Positions 49,848 to 59,918 of a DNA stretch of 64,000 nt are shown piece after piece. Source of the stretch: Candidatus Poribacteria bacterium. GTDB lineage: Bacteria > Poribacteria > WGA-4E > PCPOR2b. Numbering within the stretch: the stretch's first letter is position 1; each line of letters starts with the position of its first letter. Position numbers and translations under genes: made by a program. The notes beneath the pieces are model-generated. The model was not told where the DNA came from, searched no databases, and saw only the letters and a program-made list of their open reading frames with translations. The DNA lies in NCBI GenBank assembly GCA_965198175.1, contig OZ240245.1, positions 3,616,001-3,680,000 of the forward strand, written 5' to 3'.

Positions 49848-50651
49848 CTACGTCATCGATTTCACAAGCCGGAAACCAACATTGTGCACGGCTTGTATGG
49901 GTTCATAAGCGGCGCGGTTGGCGCATCGTGCCGCGAATTCACCGCGTGCAACCCACGAACCACCCCGAATAACCTTGCGTCTGCCACGTACTGGTCCTTG
50001 GGGATTCGTCGCGGGTGCATGTTTGTAGGTTTCCGGGTGGAACCAATCGCTGCACCACTCGTAGGCATTCCCGGCTATATCGTAACAGCCGTAGGAACTA
50101 ACGCCTTCTGGATAACTCCCAACAGGTGTGAGCCGTTTTAAGCGGCTTTCCGAGGTGTTTGCCCTTGAAGACTCCCACTCGTCCCCCCAGGGGTATTCTC
50201 GCCCATCCGTGCCTCTCGCAGCTTTTTCCCATTCTGCTTCGGTTGGCAGGCGATACGGCTCCCCTGCGAGTTTCTCAAGCCATTCCAAGAACGCTTGCGT
50301 ATCATACCACGTCACCCCAACGACGGGATAATCGGGCGAGTTGAAGCGTGAATCGGTGTGAAACTGAGGGAGCGGATACCTCGTCACTTCGACGAATTGC
50401 GAGTATTGCGCGTTAGTAACAAGGTATTGTCCAATACAGTATGCGTCGAGCATCACCTTACGCTGCGGTTCTTCGTGGTCAGTCTTTCTGAGTCCTGTGG
50501 GGATTGTTCCCATGAGGAATGGGCCTTCGGGTACCTCTACCAGCGGACAGTTGATTTGCGCAATAATTCGCTCTAGGTTCACTGACATTCTATCTTTCCA
50601 GGTACTCAACGTCGGAAGGCTGAACACGACGGATTGCTGCACAATAGACAT
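49848..50651 (-). CDS. Formylglycine-generating-enzyme (SUMF1) fold protein
   Basis: F.MG, VTNAQY, PVVGVTW.D, RLPTEAEWEKAARG, GN..EW, RGGSW, GFR. Confidence 0.92.
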   Translation of the reverse strand: MSIVQQSVVFSLPTLSTWKDRMSVNLERIIAQINCPLVEVPEGPFLMGTIPTGLRKTDHEEPQRKVMLDAYCIGQYLVTNAQYSQFVEVTRYPLPQFHTDSRFNSPDYPVVGVTWYDTQAFLEWLEKLAGEPYRLPTEAEWEKAARGTDGREYPWGDEWESSRANTSESRLKRLTPVGSYPEGVSSYGCYDIAGNAYEWCSDWFHPETYKHAPATNPQGPVRGRRKVIRGGSWVARGEFAARCANRAAYEPIQAVHNVGFRLVKSMT

Positions 50652-50706
50652 TCATGAATGTCTGCAACTTGTTTGCCGTAACTGAAGGATTCGTGTGCCT
50701 TATGCT

Positions 50707-51420
50707 TCATGCCCTGCCATAGACGGGAATCGCCGCACCGTTGATGATGGCGGAATCTTCGGAGGCGAGGAACACGATAACTTTGGCGATGTCGCTCGGT
50801 GATACCCAGCGAGAGTGGTCTTCGTCCGGCATTGCCTTTCGATTCGCAGGCGTATCAATGATACTCGGTAGGATTGAGTTGACATTAATGCCCGAATCTT
50901 TTACCTCTTCTGCGATTGACTCTGTGAGTACACGGAGTCCACTTTTGGAAGCGCAATAGGCGCCTAGTCCAGCGATTCCGCTCAAACCGGCACGCGCGGA
51001 GACGTTCACTATCTTGCCATATCGTCGTTCAATCATCTGCGGAAGAACGGCTTTGCAGCATAAGAAAGTGGCTTTCAGGTTCAAATCCATCATGAACTCC
51101 CATTTCGCCACGTCTGTGTCCGTAACCGGAACCCCGCCAAAAAAACCGCCCGCGATATTCGCTAAAATGTCAACGTGCCCAAACTCATCCAATACGGTTC
51201 GAAAGAAATTTTGTACCTCGGCTTCAACCGTCAGGTTTGCACGAATGGTCATCACCTGTGACTTCAGATTGCCAATCTGTTGTTCAAGAGGTGCAATGTG
51301 GCGCTCGGAAGTGACAGGAATGGCTACCTTACAGCTTGTCTTAAGCAAGGCTTCTGTAACAGCTACTCCCAGTCCACCGGTTCCACCAGTGACTACAGCA
51401 AAACGGCTTGGATTTTCCAT
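50707..51420 (-). CDS. Short-chain dehydrogenase/reductase
   Basis: TGGTGGLG, YCASK. Confidence 0.93.
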   Translation of the reverse strand: MENPSRFAVVTGGTGGLGVAVTEALLKTSCKVAIPVTSERHIAPLEQQIGNLKSQVMTIRANLTVEAEVQNFFRTVLDEFGHVDILANIAGGFFGGVPVTDTDVAKWEFMMDLNLKATFLCCKAVLPQMIERRYGKIVNVSARAGLSGIAGLGAYCASKSGLRVLTESIAEEVKDSGINVNSILPSIIDTPANRKAMPDEDHSRWVSPSDIAKVIVFLASEDSAIINGAAIPVYGRA

Positions 51421-51506
51421 TCTGAAATCCTTTCTCTCGAAATGTAAAATATCATGTGTGAGAACCTATGTCTTGAGGGATTCCGATCTCCCTTCATCTA
51501 CTTATG

Positions 51507-53297
51507 CTATCCATTCCGCAAGCGCTCTTCTAGTGATTCTAACTCGTGACTTAGCGCTTCTGGGAGTCGGTTCCCGAAGCGGCGATAATGTTCCTTGATG
51601 CTTCCGACTTCCTGAAGCCACTCTTGGACATCAACTTTTAAGAGGAGTTCCATATTTTCCGCTGAGATACCCGATCCATTGATATCAATTGCATCAGGGG
51701 TTGGCAGGTAGCCAATCGGGGTTTCCACCGCTTTTCCTTTGCCAGAAACACGTTCAAAGATCCACTTGATTACACGGCTATTTTCGCCATAGCCGGGCCA
51801 GAGCCATGAACCGTCAGCAGATTTTCTGAACCAGTTAACGTAGAAGATACGCGGTAACTTGTCTGGTTGTGTCTGACTGACGATTGTAAGCCAATGCTCA
51901 AAGTAATCCCCCATATTGTAACCACAGAAGGGCAGCATGGCCATCGGATCTCTTCTCAATTCACCCACTTTTCCAGCAGCAGCAGCCGTTTTCTCAGAAG
52001 ATGCGATTGATCCAATAAATGTACCGTGCTGCCAATTAAACGCTTCATGAACGAGCGGTACAACAGCGGCGCGCCGACCGCCGAAGAGGATTGCTGAAAT
52101 AGGTACTCCCCTTGGGTTTTCCCAATCTGGATCGATGGTTGGACATTGCGCCGCCGGCGCAGTGTAGCGCGCATTTGGGTGCGCTGCCGTCTTTTGACTC
52201 GTCGGCGTCCACGCTTCCCCGAGCCAACTGGTAACTTTCTCCGGAGGTTCGTCAGTCATTTCTTCCCACCACACATCGCCATCCGGTGTCAAGGCAACAT
52301 TGGTGAAGATTGAATTCGACTCCAGTGTAAACATTGCGTTAGGATTTGATTCCATCGAGGTACCGGGCGCCACTCCAAAAAATCCCGCCTCCGGATTAAT
52401 TGCATAAAGCTGACCATTTTCACCGAACTTCATCCATGCGATGTCATCCCCAACTGTTTCAACTTTCCAGCCTGGGATAGTCGGCGTCATCATTGCTAGG
52501 TTTGTTTTGCCACAAGCACTCGGGAAGGCAGCAGCAACATAAATCTTTTTTCCTTCGGGTGAAGTGATTCCTAGGATGAGCATGTGTTCAGCCAGCCAGC
52601 CTTGTTGACGCGCCATGAACGAGGCGATTCGTAACGCAAAACACTTTTTACCCAAGAGGGCGTTTCCTCCGTAGCCACTGCCATAAGACCAGATTGACGG
52701 CTCTTCAGGAAAATGCACAATATATTTGTTTTCCGGATCGCATGGCCAATCCACATCCTCTTGTCCCTTCTCAAGCGGTGCACCGACCGAATGAAGACAG
52801 GGAACGAAGTCGCCATCTTCGCCCAAAACCTCAAGCGCAGCATTTCCAATTCGAGTCATGATACGCATATTGACTACAACATATGGGGAATCGGTAATCT
52901 GAACCCCAATACGCGAAATCGCCGAGCCCAGCGGTCCCATGCTGTATGGAACGATGTACATGGTGCGTCCCTTCATGCTGCCGTCAAAAAATCCCTTCAG
53001 CACCGTTTTCATTTCGTCCGCATCGCGCCAATTGTTAGTTGGGCCCACATCATCTTCGTTTTTTGTACAGATAAAGGTTCGATCCTCCACACGGGCGACA
53101 TCGCCGGGATCAGACTGGGCTAAAAAGCAGCCGGGACGTTTTTCTTGATTTAACCGGATAAAAGTACCTGCTTGAACCAGCACGCCGCACAATTCGTCGT
53201 TTTCTGCTTGTGTGCCATCACACCAGCGAACATCATCTGGTTGACAGAGCTCCATTGTTTCATTCACCCAATTGAGTAGTTTTTCATTATTTGTCAC
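51507..53297 (-). CDS. pckG: Phosphoenolpyruvate carboxykinase (GTP)
   Basis: [55 protein letters not shown]. Confidence 0.97.
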   Translation of the reverse strand: MTNNEKLLNWVNETMELCQPDDVRWCDGTQAENDELCGVLVQAGTFIRLNQEKRPGCFLAQSDPGDVARVEDRTFICTKNEDDVGPTNNWRDADEMKTVLKGFFDGSMKGRTMYIVPYSMGPLGSAISRIGVQITDSPYVVVNMRIMTRIGNAALEVLGEDGDFVPCLHSVGAPLEKGQEDVDWPCDPENKYIVHFPEEPSIWSYGSGYGGNALLGKKCFALRIASFMARQQGWLAEHMLILGITSPEGKKIYVAAAFPSACGKTNLAMMTPTIPGWKVETVGDDIAWMKFGENGQLYAINPEAGFFGVAPGTSMESNPNAMFTLESNSIFTNVALTPDGDVWWEEMTDEPPEKVTSWLGEAWTPTSQKTAAHPNARYTAPAAQCPTIDPDWENPRGVPISAILFGGRRAAVVPLVHEAFNWQHGTFIGSIASSEKTAAAAGKVGELRRDPMAMLPFCGYNMGDYFEHWLTIVSQTQPDKLPRIFYVNWFRKSADGSWLWPGYGENSRVIKWIFERVSGKGKAVETPIGYLPTPDAIDINGSGISAENMELLLKVDVQEWLQEVGSIKEHYRRFGNRLPEALSHELESLEERLRNG

Positions 53298-53395
53298 TAA
53301 GTTTCTCCTTTTAAAGTTTCCTCGACCTGCACCGGTAGAACCCGCTCAGTTCGTTGCGAATTAATCCGCCGACTTCCAATTGTCAAATCTGCAGA

Positions 53396-55948
53396 CTACT
53401 GCGACATTGACATACAAAATTGCTTCAGCGTTCCAGCCAATCGTGTTCCACTCGGCACATACGCCAAAATTAACCCGTCAACAACTTCATCTCGATTGGC
53501 AACAACTCCTGTCGAACGCTCAGCAGTCACTCCTTTAGAGAGCAACAGATGGAAGGCATCTCGCTTTAACCCTTGAGTGGTATAGAAATTCCCTTGTCCT
53601 TTTGAAATGACAACATCTGCATCCAGCAAGGCATTTGCAAACTCTCCTGTTGCCTGATAGAGATTCGTTCCAATCGTCTTCGAGCCAGAGGATATTAGAG
53701 ACACATCGCCGAATTGAATCCGCTCTTGAAGTTCCTGGAAGCATGGATGCGCAACGATTTCTCGCAGGTCATCAAGCGTCGCATCGCCGCTCGCCGGGCA
53801 CGCCTTGCCAACAACCGTAATTTGATGTCCGCAATCGGCGAGCATCTGGATAACCCATAGATCGAAGACCGCCTCACCATCGTTGTCGATGAGCCAGATC
53901 AGCCGCTTGGATTCACCTGTGATCACTGTTGATTCGAATTTTTCATAACAGTCGATTACAAATGGCATTTTAACCGCCTCGCGCAAGGTAAGGGAGAAGT
54001 AATCTGGATATTCTTCAATCCTCGCGACAACCCTAGCACTGCTGTAATCAATGATATTGGCTGCGGTTATGAGCTTCAGCCGTTCCAGCCAATTACATTC
54101 CGAGAACTCATTGATGAGGGTTACCGCGGTCTTTCTAGCTTTGCGTTTATCTCTGCGATAGGGGTCGGGGTTTCCCGTGCAGATTGCAGCAATCTCAAAG
54201 ATACATCCCCAAAGTTGTTCGGGAGTCAAATCGTCAATAACATGCGTGCCGTCGGTTTTCCGCATTTCCAACAAATCATCGACAGCTTGGATTGCGATTT
54301 GACGCAGCGCCGGGTTACGGGTCGCTCGATGAATCAATTCACGTGCCGAATGCGTTCGGACATGCTCACGTAGGTTGTCCCAATCCGGCGTCCCCAGCTT
54401 TTCGCCAAAGGTGTAGACGCCCGGCTTGTAGTCCGGCAAAGCGAGTTGAGCAAGGGATGTTACCTGCTTTTCCTCAAGAGAAGAGCGGATATCTTTTTGA
54501 ACCGGCGCGAATAATGGCAACCCCAGCCCTGTATCGCTGGGAACACCCAAATGGACATCGCTCACTGAAATTCCCGCTGGAATAACTGTTGCATTCGCAT
54601 GCACGGACTTCAGATTTACCGAATGACCCACTTTAACCCGATTGAACTGGCTGTTTTCGATCTGGCTTCGGGTTGCTAAGCCGGTAATTGGCGCTGCAAC
54701 TTCTGTCGAAAGCGAGTTGGATTCAAATGTTGTGTCCCTTGCTTCCACGTCTTTCAAGCCTACAAGATTTCCGACCGTAGAATTGCCCTGCAACACGACA
54801 TTTTCAAGCCGACAGTAAGTTCCAATCCGTATTCCTTCGCCTAGATGGATGCGCCCCAACAGATAACAACCGTGTCCAAACTCGATTTCTTCATTTCCCA
54901 TGACGATCTGCGCCTTGGGATCGACACGAACCCCTTTTTTGGCAAGACATCGCCGCGATTCCTCAAATAGGTACTTCTCACCGTCAAGAACGTTTGACCA
55001 GCGGTTCACGCCAGAGATAATTTCCTCCTCATGGATATAGGCGTTTGTTTTCAACCCATCGTCGTAGCAACGGCGAATCAGATCAACATGATGAAGTTCC
55101 GACTTGCTTCCGTGCAGTTGCAAACTATCCATCCGAGCAATAGCTGCGTCGCGGCGGATCAAGGTGATACCTGTATTAGTATAAGCCTCTCCGCATTCGA
55201 GACGGCGCCACATCTCACTCCGTTCAGCATCGGTCATGTCGTACCACTCTTTAGTTCCCATAAACTTCCCGTCGCAATCGAAAAACAGTCCACCTTTATC
55301 AATTACTGTCTCTGGAATTTTGCCACAAAGCGTGACATCTGCTCCAGCGACAATGTGCGAAATTAGAGTTTTCACAAACATAGCACGATTCAAAAAGGGT
55401 TCATCGCCAAACCCAACACCGATAACTTCAGCATCGGATTCGGAAATTGCAGACAGAGCAGCACGCAAGGCTGCGCCTGTTCCATAGGGCTGCTCAGGTT
55501 GGATGCACAGGATGGCATTTGGTCCAAACAGCCGTTGAACTGCTTCTTGATTGAGTGCGGAAACTGGGATGACTCCATGGGTAGGAATATCCGTCATTGT
55601 CACCCGTGACGCCATTTGGGCGCTGATGACGAGGATATGTGGACGACTGCCTGGCAAGCAACTTCGGGACAGTTGAAGGGTATTCCGTTCACCAAACCAC
55701 ACATCAAGGTTTTTGTTCAGATTGCTCAATGGATCGATGCGCGTACCCATACCCGCGGCTAGAATCACCCATTGCGGATCAATCCAACCCGCGAGATCAT
55801 CTTGGTTAGCGCGTTCAGCAACTGCGTGGAGAAATTGCTCAATTAGATTTTCGGCTTCTGCCTTGTCGGGAATGTCGATAGTGTTAGTGAGATCGCATCG
55901 AAGAATGGTTTCAACGGCTTCACGCAGATATTCGAGAACTTTAGTCAT
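53396..55948 (-). CDS. GlmU-like nucleotidyltransferase fused to a DUF89/ARMT1-like phosphatase
   Basis: VILAAGMGTR, Q...GTGAA, hexapeptide-like stretch; then DPY...K, N.IDY, DN.GE.VFD, SKGQGNF. Confidence 0.75.
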   Translation of the reverse strand: MTKVLEYLREAVETILRCDLTNTIDIPDKAEAENLIEQFLHAVAERANQDDLAGWIDPQWVILAAGMGTRIDPLSNLNKNLDVWFGERNTLQLSRSCLPGSRPHILVISAQMASRVTMTDIPTHGVIPVSALNQEAVQRLFGPNAILCIQPEQPYGTGAALRAALSAISESDAEVIGVGFGDEPFLNRAMFVKTLISHIVAGADVTLCGKIPETVIDKGGLFFDCDGKFMGTKEWYDMTDAERSEMWRRLECGEAYTNTGITLIRRDAAIARMDSLQLHGSKSELHHVDLIRRCYDDGLKTNAYIHEEEIISGVNRWSNVLDGEKYLFEESRRCLAKKGVRVDPKAQIVMGNEEIEFGHGCYLLGRIHLGEGIRIGTYCRLENVVLQGNSTVGNLVGLKDVEARDTTFESNSLSTEVAAPITGLATRSQIENSQFNRVKVGHSVNLKSVHANATVIPAGISVSDVHLGVPSDTGLGLPLFAPVQKDIRSSLEEKQVTSLAQLALPDYKPGVYTFGEKLGTPDWDNLREHVRTHSARELIHRATRNPALRQIAIQAVDDLLEMRKTDGTHVIDDLTPEQLWGCIFEIAAICTGNPDPYRRDKRKARKTAVTLINEFSECNWLERLKLITAANIIDYSSARVVARIEEYPDYFSLTLREAVKMPFVIDCYEKFESTVITGESKRLIWLIDNDGEAVFDLWVIQMLADCGHQITVVGKACPASGDATLDDLREIVAHPCFQELQERIQFGDVSLISSGSKTIGTNLYQATGEFANALLDADVVISKGQGNFYTTQGLKRDAFHLLLSKGVTAERSTGVVANRDEVVDGLILAYVPSGTRLAGTLKQFCMSMSQ

Positions 55949-56158
55949 CTCTTAATTTGGTCTATCCCATAATATGGGAGTTCGCTTGACTGAACCTGTA
56001 CAAACTCACTGATGATACTTCAACTTAGCGTGAAGGAATTACGATCGCCTTGATGATAGGTAAATACTGTCCTTCAGACATTCTGCTTGCTTTCACGATA
56101 GTTTATCTGGTACATGCCGTGAAGTCAAGAGTAACTTGCAGAATACAATCCAAAAAAC

Positions 56159-56187
56159 TTGACATAAGATTGTGGGGCGGTTATGCT
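56159..56187 (+). promoter_or_regulatory. sigma70-type promoter
   Basis: TTGACA-17nt-TATGCT upstream of 56347. Confidence 0.55.
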
Positions 56188-56346
56188 TTTTTCACATCCA
56201 CATAGATGCTTTTTTGCGGCGCATATGGCTTCCGCCTACCCACCTAGCCATCGATTTCACATTGCCGTGAGAACATAGTCTTCTTGTGCCATTTTCGTTG
56301 ATAGGAACGATTCTTTTCAAATTCATCTGAAGAGAGGGAAAACATA

Positions 56347-57510
56347 ATGACCGTAATCAGACAAGATCATTCTCATACCCACAAGTTGAACGTCGTAGTC
56401 GTCGGCGCGGGAATAATTGGGGCGTCAATCGCCTACCGCCTTTCGCAGCGCAAGCAGATCGCCGTGACCATCCTTGAGCGCGATCAGCCAGGTTCAGGAG
56501 CGTCTGACCACTCCTTTGCTTGGTTGAACGCTTTCCGGAAGGAACCTGCGTCTTACCATCATTTCAATCGTCGGTCTATGGACGTTTGGCATCGCTTTGC
56601 TGACAAACTCCGCGCAGATGTTGGACTGCACTGGGGCGGAAAGTTGCGTTGGGAAAACACTGAGGAGGGCGCCACGGCACTACTCCAGCGCGTCAAGCAG
56701 TTACAGGCACGGGGCTACCCATGCCGACTTATTTCAATTGATGAACTGCGCCGACTTGAACCGGGAATCTCTCCAGGTCCGGTGAGTGCCGCTTCTCTCT
56801 CGGAGATTGATGGACACGTGGAACCGGTCAAAGTTATCGACGCCTGTTTGCAACGGGCGTGTGAGCGGGGCGCTAATTTGCATACTCAGACACCAGTCAC
56901 CGGGTTGCGCCTAGGTAAAAAGGGAAGCACAGCTCAACGTGTGGAGGCGGTTAACACACCAATGGGTGAGGTTCTCTGCGATGTCCTGGTGGCAGCCAGC
57001 GGCATCGCCACCACAGAACTCGCCGCCATGGCGGACGTGCGCGTTCCGCAGGAAGACAGCCCCGGTGTAGTGATTCGCACCGATCCACGCCCACCGTTGC
57101 TGCATAGCGTTTCCGTGCTGCACGCTCCACCTGCGGATAAAGACCAAACGGAGATACATTTGCGACAAACCGCAGATGGAACAGTTATGATTGGCGAAGG
57201 TTCGCAGGAGAGTTTGCACCTGGACGACTCTCAAGAGCACGCGGACGCGCTTTTGCGCCGTGCAACAAGTTACTTGCCAGCGCTCGCCGGTGCCCGGGCG
57301 ATACCGGTACCTTTGGGCCATCGTCCTATGCCAATTGACGGTCTGCCAATCCTTGGTTTTGCGGAAGCGGTGCCAAATCTGTATATCGCTGTGATGCACA
57401 GCGGTGTTACGTTAGCCCCCCTTGTGAGCGAGCTAGCGACGTTGGAAATTGTTGACGGCGCATGTGTCGAAATGCTCGCCCCATACCGCCCAGAGCGCTT
57501 CAGTATGTAG
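56347..57510 (+). CDS. FAD-dependent oxidoreductase (DAO/glycine oxidase family)
   Basis: VVVVGAGIIG, GAS..SFAWLN, RPMP.DGLP.LG, HSGVTLAP. Confidence 0.92.
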   Translation: MTVIRQDHSHTHKLNVVVVGAGIIGASIAYRLSQRKQIAVTILERDQPGSGASDHSFAWLNAFRKEPASYHHFNRRSMDVWHRFADKLRADVGLHWGGKLRWENTEEGATALLQRVKQLQARGYPCRLISIDELRRLEPGISPGPVSAASLSEIDGHVEPVKVIDACLQRACERGANLHTQTPVTGLRLGKKGSTAQRVEAVNTPMGEVLCDVLVAASGIATTELAAMADVRVPQEDSPGVVIRTDPRPPLLHSVSVLHAPPADKDQTEIHLRQTADGTVMIGEGSQESLHLDDSQEHADALLRRATSYLPALAGARAIPVPLGHRPMPIDGLPILGFAEAVPNLYIAVMHSGVTLAPLVSELATLEIVDGACVEMLAPYRPERFSM

Positions 57511-57584
57511 ACTAATGAAATAATTAGGGTAAAAAATTACAGTTTTTACAGTCTATAAAAAAGGGGCGAATCGGAGCGAGTTTT

Positions 57585-57770
57585 TGTAGGTGCGTTGAGC
57601 GGTGATGGTAAAACAGACGAGGTATTCCGCAAGGGATTCGTATGTTCAGATTGTTTGATAGTTGTTTATGATGAAGCGAAACCCAACGATCGAGCGACCG
57701 AATAGCGAGTGCGATAGTCTTCTCCAGTTTTCCCCGCTCATCAAATCCACTCAACCCAACCCAACCTACA
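57585..57770. mobile_element. GTAG-type REP/MITE element, copy 1
   Basis: Ends TGTAGGTGCGTTGAG ... CTCAACCCAACCCAACCTACA; internal ATGAAGCGAAACCCAACG; homologous to 62649-62878. Confidence 0.65.
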
Positions 57771-57840
57771 ATCTAAAGGCAGTGGTCAAAAAATCAGGTC
57801 ACTGGCAACTGACCACTGGCTACTGCTCTTAAATTTAGAG

Positions 57841-57869
57841 TTGACATCCAGTGATTTTGCTTGTATTAT
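57841..57869 (+). promoter_or_regulatory. sigma70-type promoter
   Basis: TTGACA-17nt-TATTAT, flanked by two clusters of ACTGRCY-like heptamers. Confidence 0.6.
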
Positions 57870-57967
57870 GTTAAGTAAAGATAGGTAAGGTATCCCGTGG
57901 TCAGAGTAAAAAACAGGTCACTAGCCACTGGCTACTGGTCACTGTTTCTAAAACTAAGGAGAAAACA

Positions 57968-58537
57968 ATGAACGCGAAACACTATCTGGTTATAAGCGGT
58001 ATTGTTGGCGGGGTCATAGGGAGCTTGTTGACGGCGTTGTTGGTTTCACCAGTCACAGCGCAACGCGATAAGTTCGGTGAGATTGAGTGTACGAGTTTGG
58101 CGGTTGTTGATGCAGATGAAAAGACGAGGGTGAGGCTCGGTGCTGGTGTACATGGCGGGTATGTCGATGCCTATGGCAAGGACGGGGAATCGAAGGCGTT
58201 GCTCCGTATCGATGAACACGGCGGTCGTGTTCAAGTCGATGGCAAAGATGGAAAATCGGCGGCGTCGTTCGGTATCAATGAACGCGGCGGGCAATTCATT
58301 ATCTTAAGCAAAGATAGCGACCTGGTGTTGGGGCTAGATGCTGATGAACATGGCGGTCGTGTTGTAGTCTATGAGGACGCTGTCCAAGGCAAGAACCCCA
58401 AGGCGACGCTTGGTATTAGTGAGCATGGCGGGATTTTAGGGGTAACAGGCAAAGGCGGAGGCGCGGCTGCCGTGAGCATCAGCCAATACGGCAACGGCGC
58501 CATCTCCACTTGGGACAAAAACGGCTATCGGCAGTAA
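57968..58537 (+). CDS. Membrane-anchored beta-repeat hypothetical protein, paralogue 1
   Basis: AAGGAGA RBS; N-terminal TM; ~22-aa L.I.EHGG.V.V.GKDG repeats; ends WDKNGYRQ. Confidence 0.8.
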   Translation: MNAKHYLVISGIVGGVIGSLLTALLVSPVTAQRDKFGEIECTSLAVVDADEKTRVRLGAGVHGGYVDAYGKDGESKALLRIDEHGGRVQVDGKDGKSAASFGINERGGQFIILSKDSDLVLGLDADEHGGRVVVYEDAVQGKNPKATLGISEHGGILGVTGKGGGAAAVSISQYGNGAISTWDKNGYRQ

Positions 58538-58567
58538 CCACAAGATAACCAAAAGGAGGGCAACGTA

Positions 58568-59197
58568 ATGTTTAGTAGGGAACATTGGCAAATCAAGTTA
58601 GTTTATGCGGGCTTTGGAGCGCTGCTACTGTTTGTTGGGATGCTGCTGTCACCAGTCACGGCGCAAAGAGATAAGTTTGACACAATCCAGTGTCGTAGGC
58701 TAGAGGTCGTTGATGCGACGGGCAAACCAATGGTGATTCTCGCAACCAATGAAGACGGCGGGGCTGTCGCTGCATCTGGCAAAGACGGGGAACCGGGGGC
58801 GTGGCTTACTAACAATGAACACGGCGGGATTATCGGTGTCACAGGCAAAGACGGGAAATCGCAAGCGGGGCTCAGTATCAGTGAATACGGCGGGCTTGTC
58901 CAAGTGGGTGGCAAGGACGTGGAATTGGGTGCGTCGCTCGGTGTTAATGAACACGGCGGGGTTGTCGCTGTCGGTGGCAAAGACGGGAAATCGATGGTGA
59001 TGCTCAGTATCGATGAAGAAGGCGGGACTGTCGGAACCTTAGACAAATACGGGAAGACGGCGGTGATGCTCAGTATTACTGAACACGGCGGGTATGTTAA
59101 TGTGTACGGCAAAGGCGAGGGCAAGGCGGTGATTGGAATCAACGAATACGGCAACGGCGTTGTCAACACGTGGGATAAAAACGGGTATCGGCAGTGA
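58568..59197 (+). CDS. Membrane-anchored beta-repeat hypothetical protein, paralogue 2
   Basis: AGGAGG RBS; same SPVTAQRDKF..I.C start, repeats and WDKNGYRQ end. Confidence 0.8.
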   Translation: MFSREHWQIKLVYAGFGALLLFVGMLLSPVTAQRDKFDTIQCRRLEVVDATGKPMVILATNEDGGAVAASGKDGEPGAWLTNNEHGGIIGVTGKDGKSQAGLSISEYGGLVQVGGKDVELGASLGVNEHGGVVAVGGKDGKSMVMLSIDEEGGTVGTLDKYGKTAVMLSITEHGGYVNVYGKGEGKAVIGINEYGNGVVNTWDKNGYRQ

Positions 59198-59339
59198 TTG
59201 GCAATAATGTTCAGACATATAATGTCCCGAATGCACGCTATGGTTCGGCTAAAGTAAAAGGAGGCGGTTGATGGATGCAATACCAGAGAGGCTAGACGGG
59301 GCGGGGCGATTGCTCGGTTCAAGTATGGCAAATAAATGG

Positions 59340-59368
59340 TTGACAGGTGAGAAGTAATCTGTTACTCT
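59340..59368 (+). promoter_or_regulatory. sigma70-type promoter with extended -10
   Basis: TTGACA-17nt-TACTCT, with TG one base upstream of the -10. Confidence 0.6.
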
Positions 59369-59375
59369 AAGAATA

Positions 59376-59455
59376 TCACAGTCGGTGTGGGGTGCTACGG
59401 CCGCCAATCCCGGTGGCCGCCCACACAACACCTTTAGCACGGTGTATGATTGTGA
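59376..59455 (+). ncRNA. Candidate structured RNA (three-way junction with possible pseudoknot), family not recognised
   Basis: Stems TCACAGTC/GATTGTGA, GTGTGGG/CCCACAC, GGCCGCC/GGTGGCC and ACACC/GGTGT; bulge GTGCTA complementary to loop TAGCAC; starts at the predicted TSS. Confidence 0.4.
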
Positions 59456-59630
59456 GACTGTTGATTCCCAATACTTACTTACAATTAAGAGTTTTGCATC
59501 AATTCAACAGAACTGTTTAGTGTTCCAAATAAGTATCGCGTTAGATGTGACAGGCGGAAAGGTGTACTGGACGACTGTAGGCTTTTCCAGCGGCATCCAG
59601 CAAAGGTGGTACGGCGAAAGTGAATCTGAT

Positions 59631-59796
59631 TTTCGCAAATCGGTTTTCTGCGGAAAACAGGGGGGTACTTGCGAAACTTTACGGCTGAAAGGACGGTATA
59701 ACAGGCTGAAAACAGGGTGAAGTCTCTCAACCAGAATTTCACCAGACACCGCATAAAACTAGATGGGACACAGGTTGGAAGCAATGTTAGGGGTAG
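59631..59796 (+). promoter_or_regulatory. Putative CRISPR leader
   Basis: Non-coding, abuts the first repeat; inverted motif TTTCGCAA (59631) ... TTGCGAAA (59669) around a G-run. Confidence 0.5.
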
Positions 59797-59833
59797 GTTG
59801 CACTCTTTGACGCGATTACAAGCGGACTGAAAG
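59797..59833 (+). CRISPR. CRISPR repeat, full copy 1 (solitary)
   Basis: GTTGCACTCTTTGACGCGATTACAAGCGGACTGAAAG, 37 nt, identical to 60862-60898. Confidence 0.8.
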
Positions 59834-59918
59834 AGGCATTAACACAGAGAAAATCGTATTTCTGCGGAAAACAGGGGGGATTTTGCGAAACTTAACAAAT
59901 AACGTGGATGCGACCGCG

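Noticed and set aside
49848..50651. FGE-fold protein as a diversity-generating retroelement target
   Set aside because: No reverse transcriptase and no template-repeat copy of its 3' end seen in the window
59385..59720. 111-aa ORF containing IALDVTGGKVYWT
   Set aside because: Only a single YWTD-repeat-like fragment with no RBS; it overlaps the predicted RNA and leader, so at most a small gene relic
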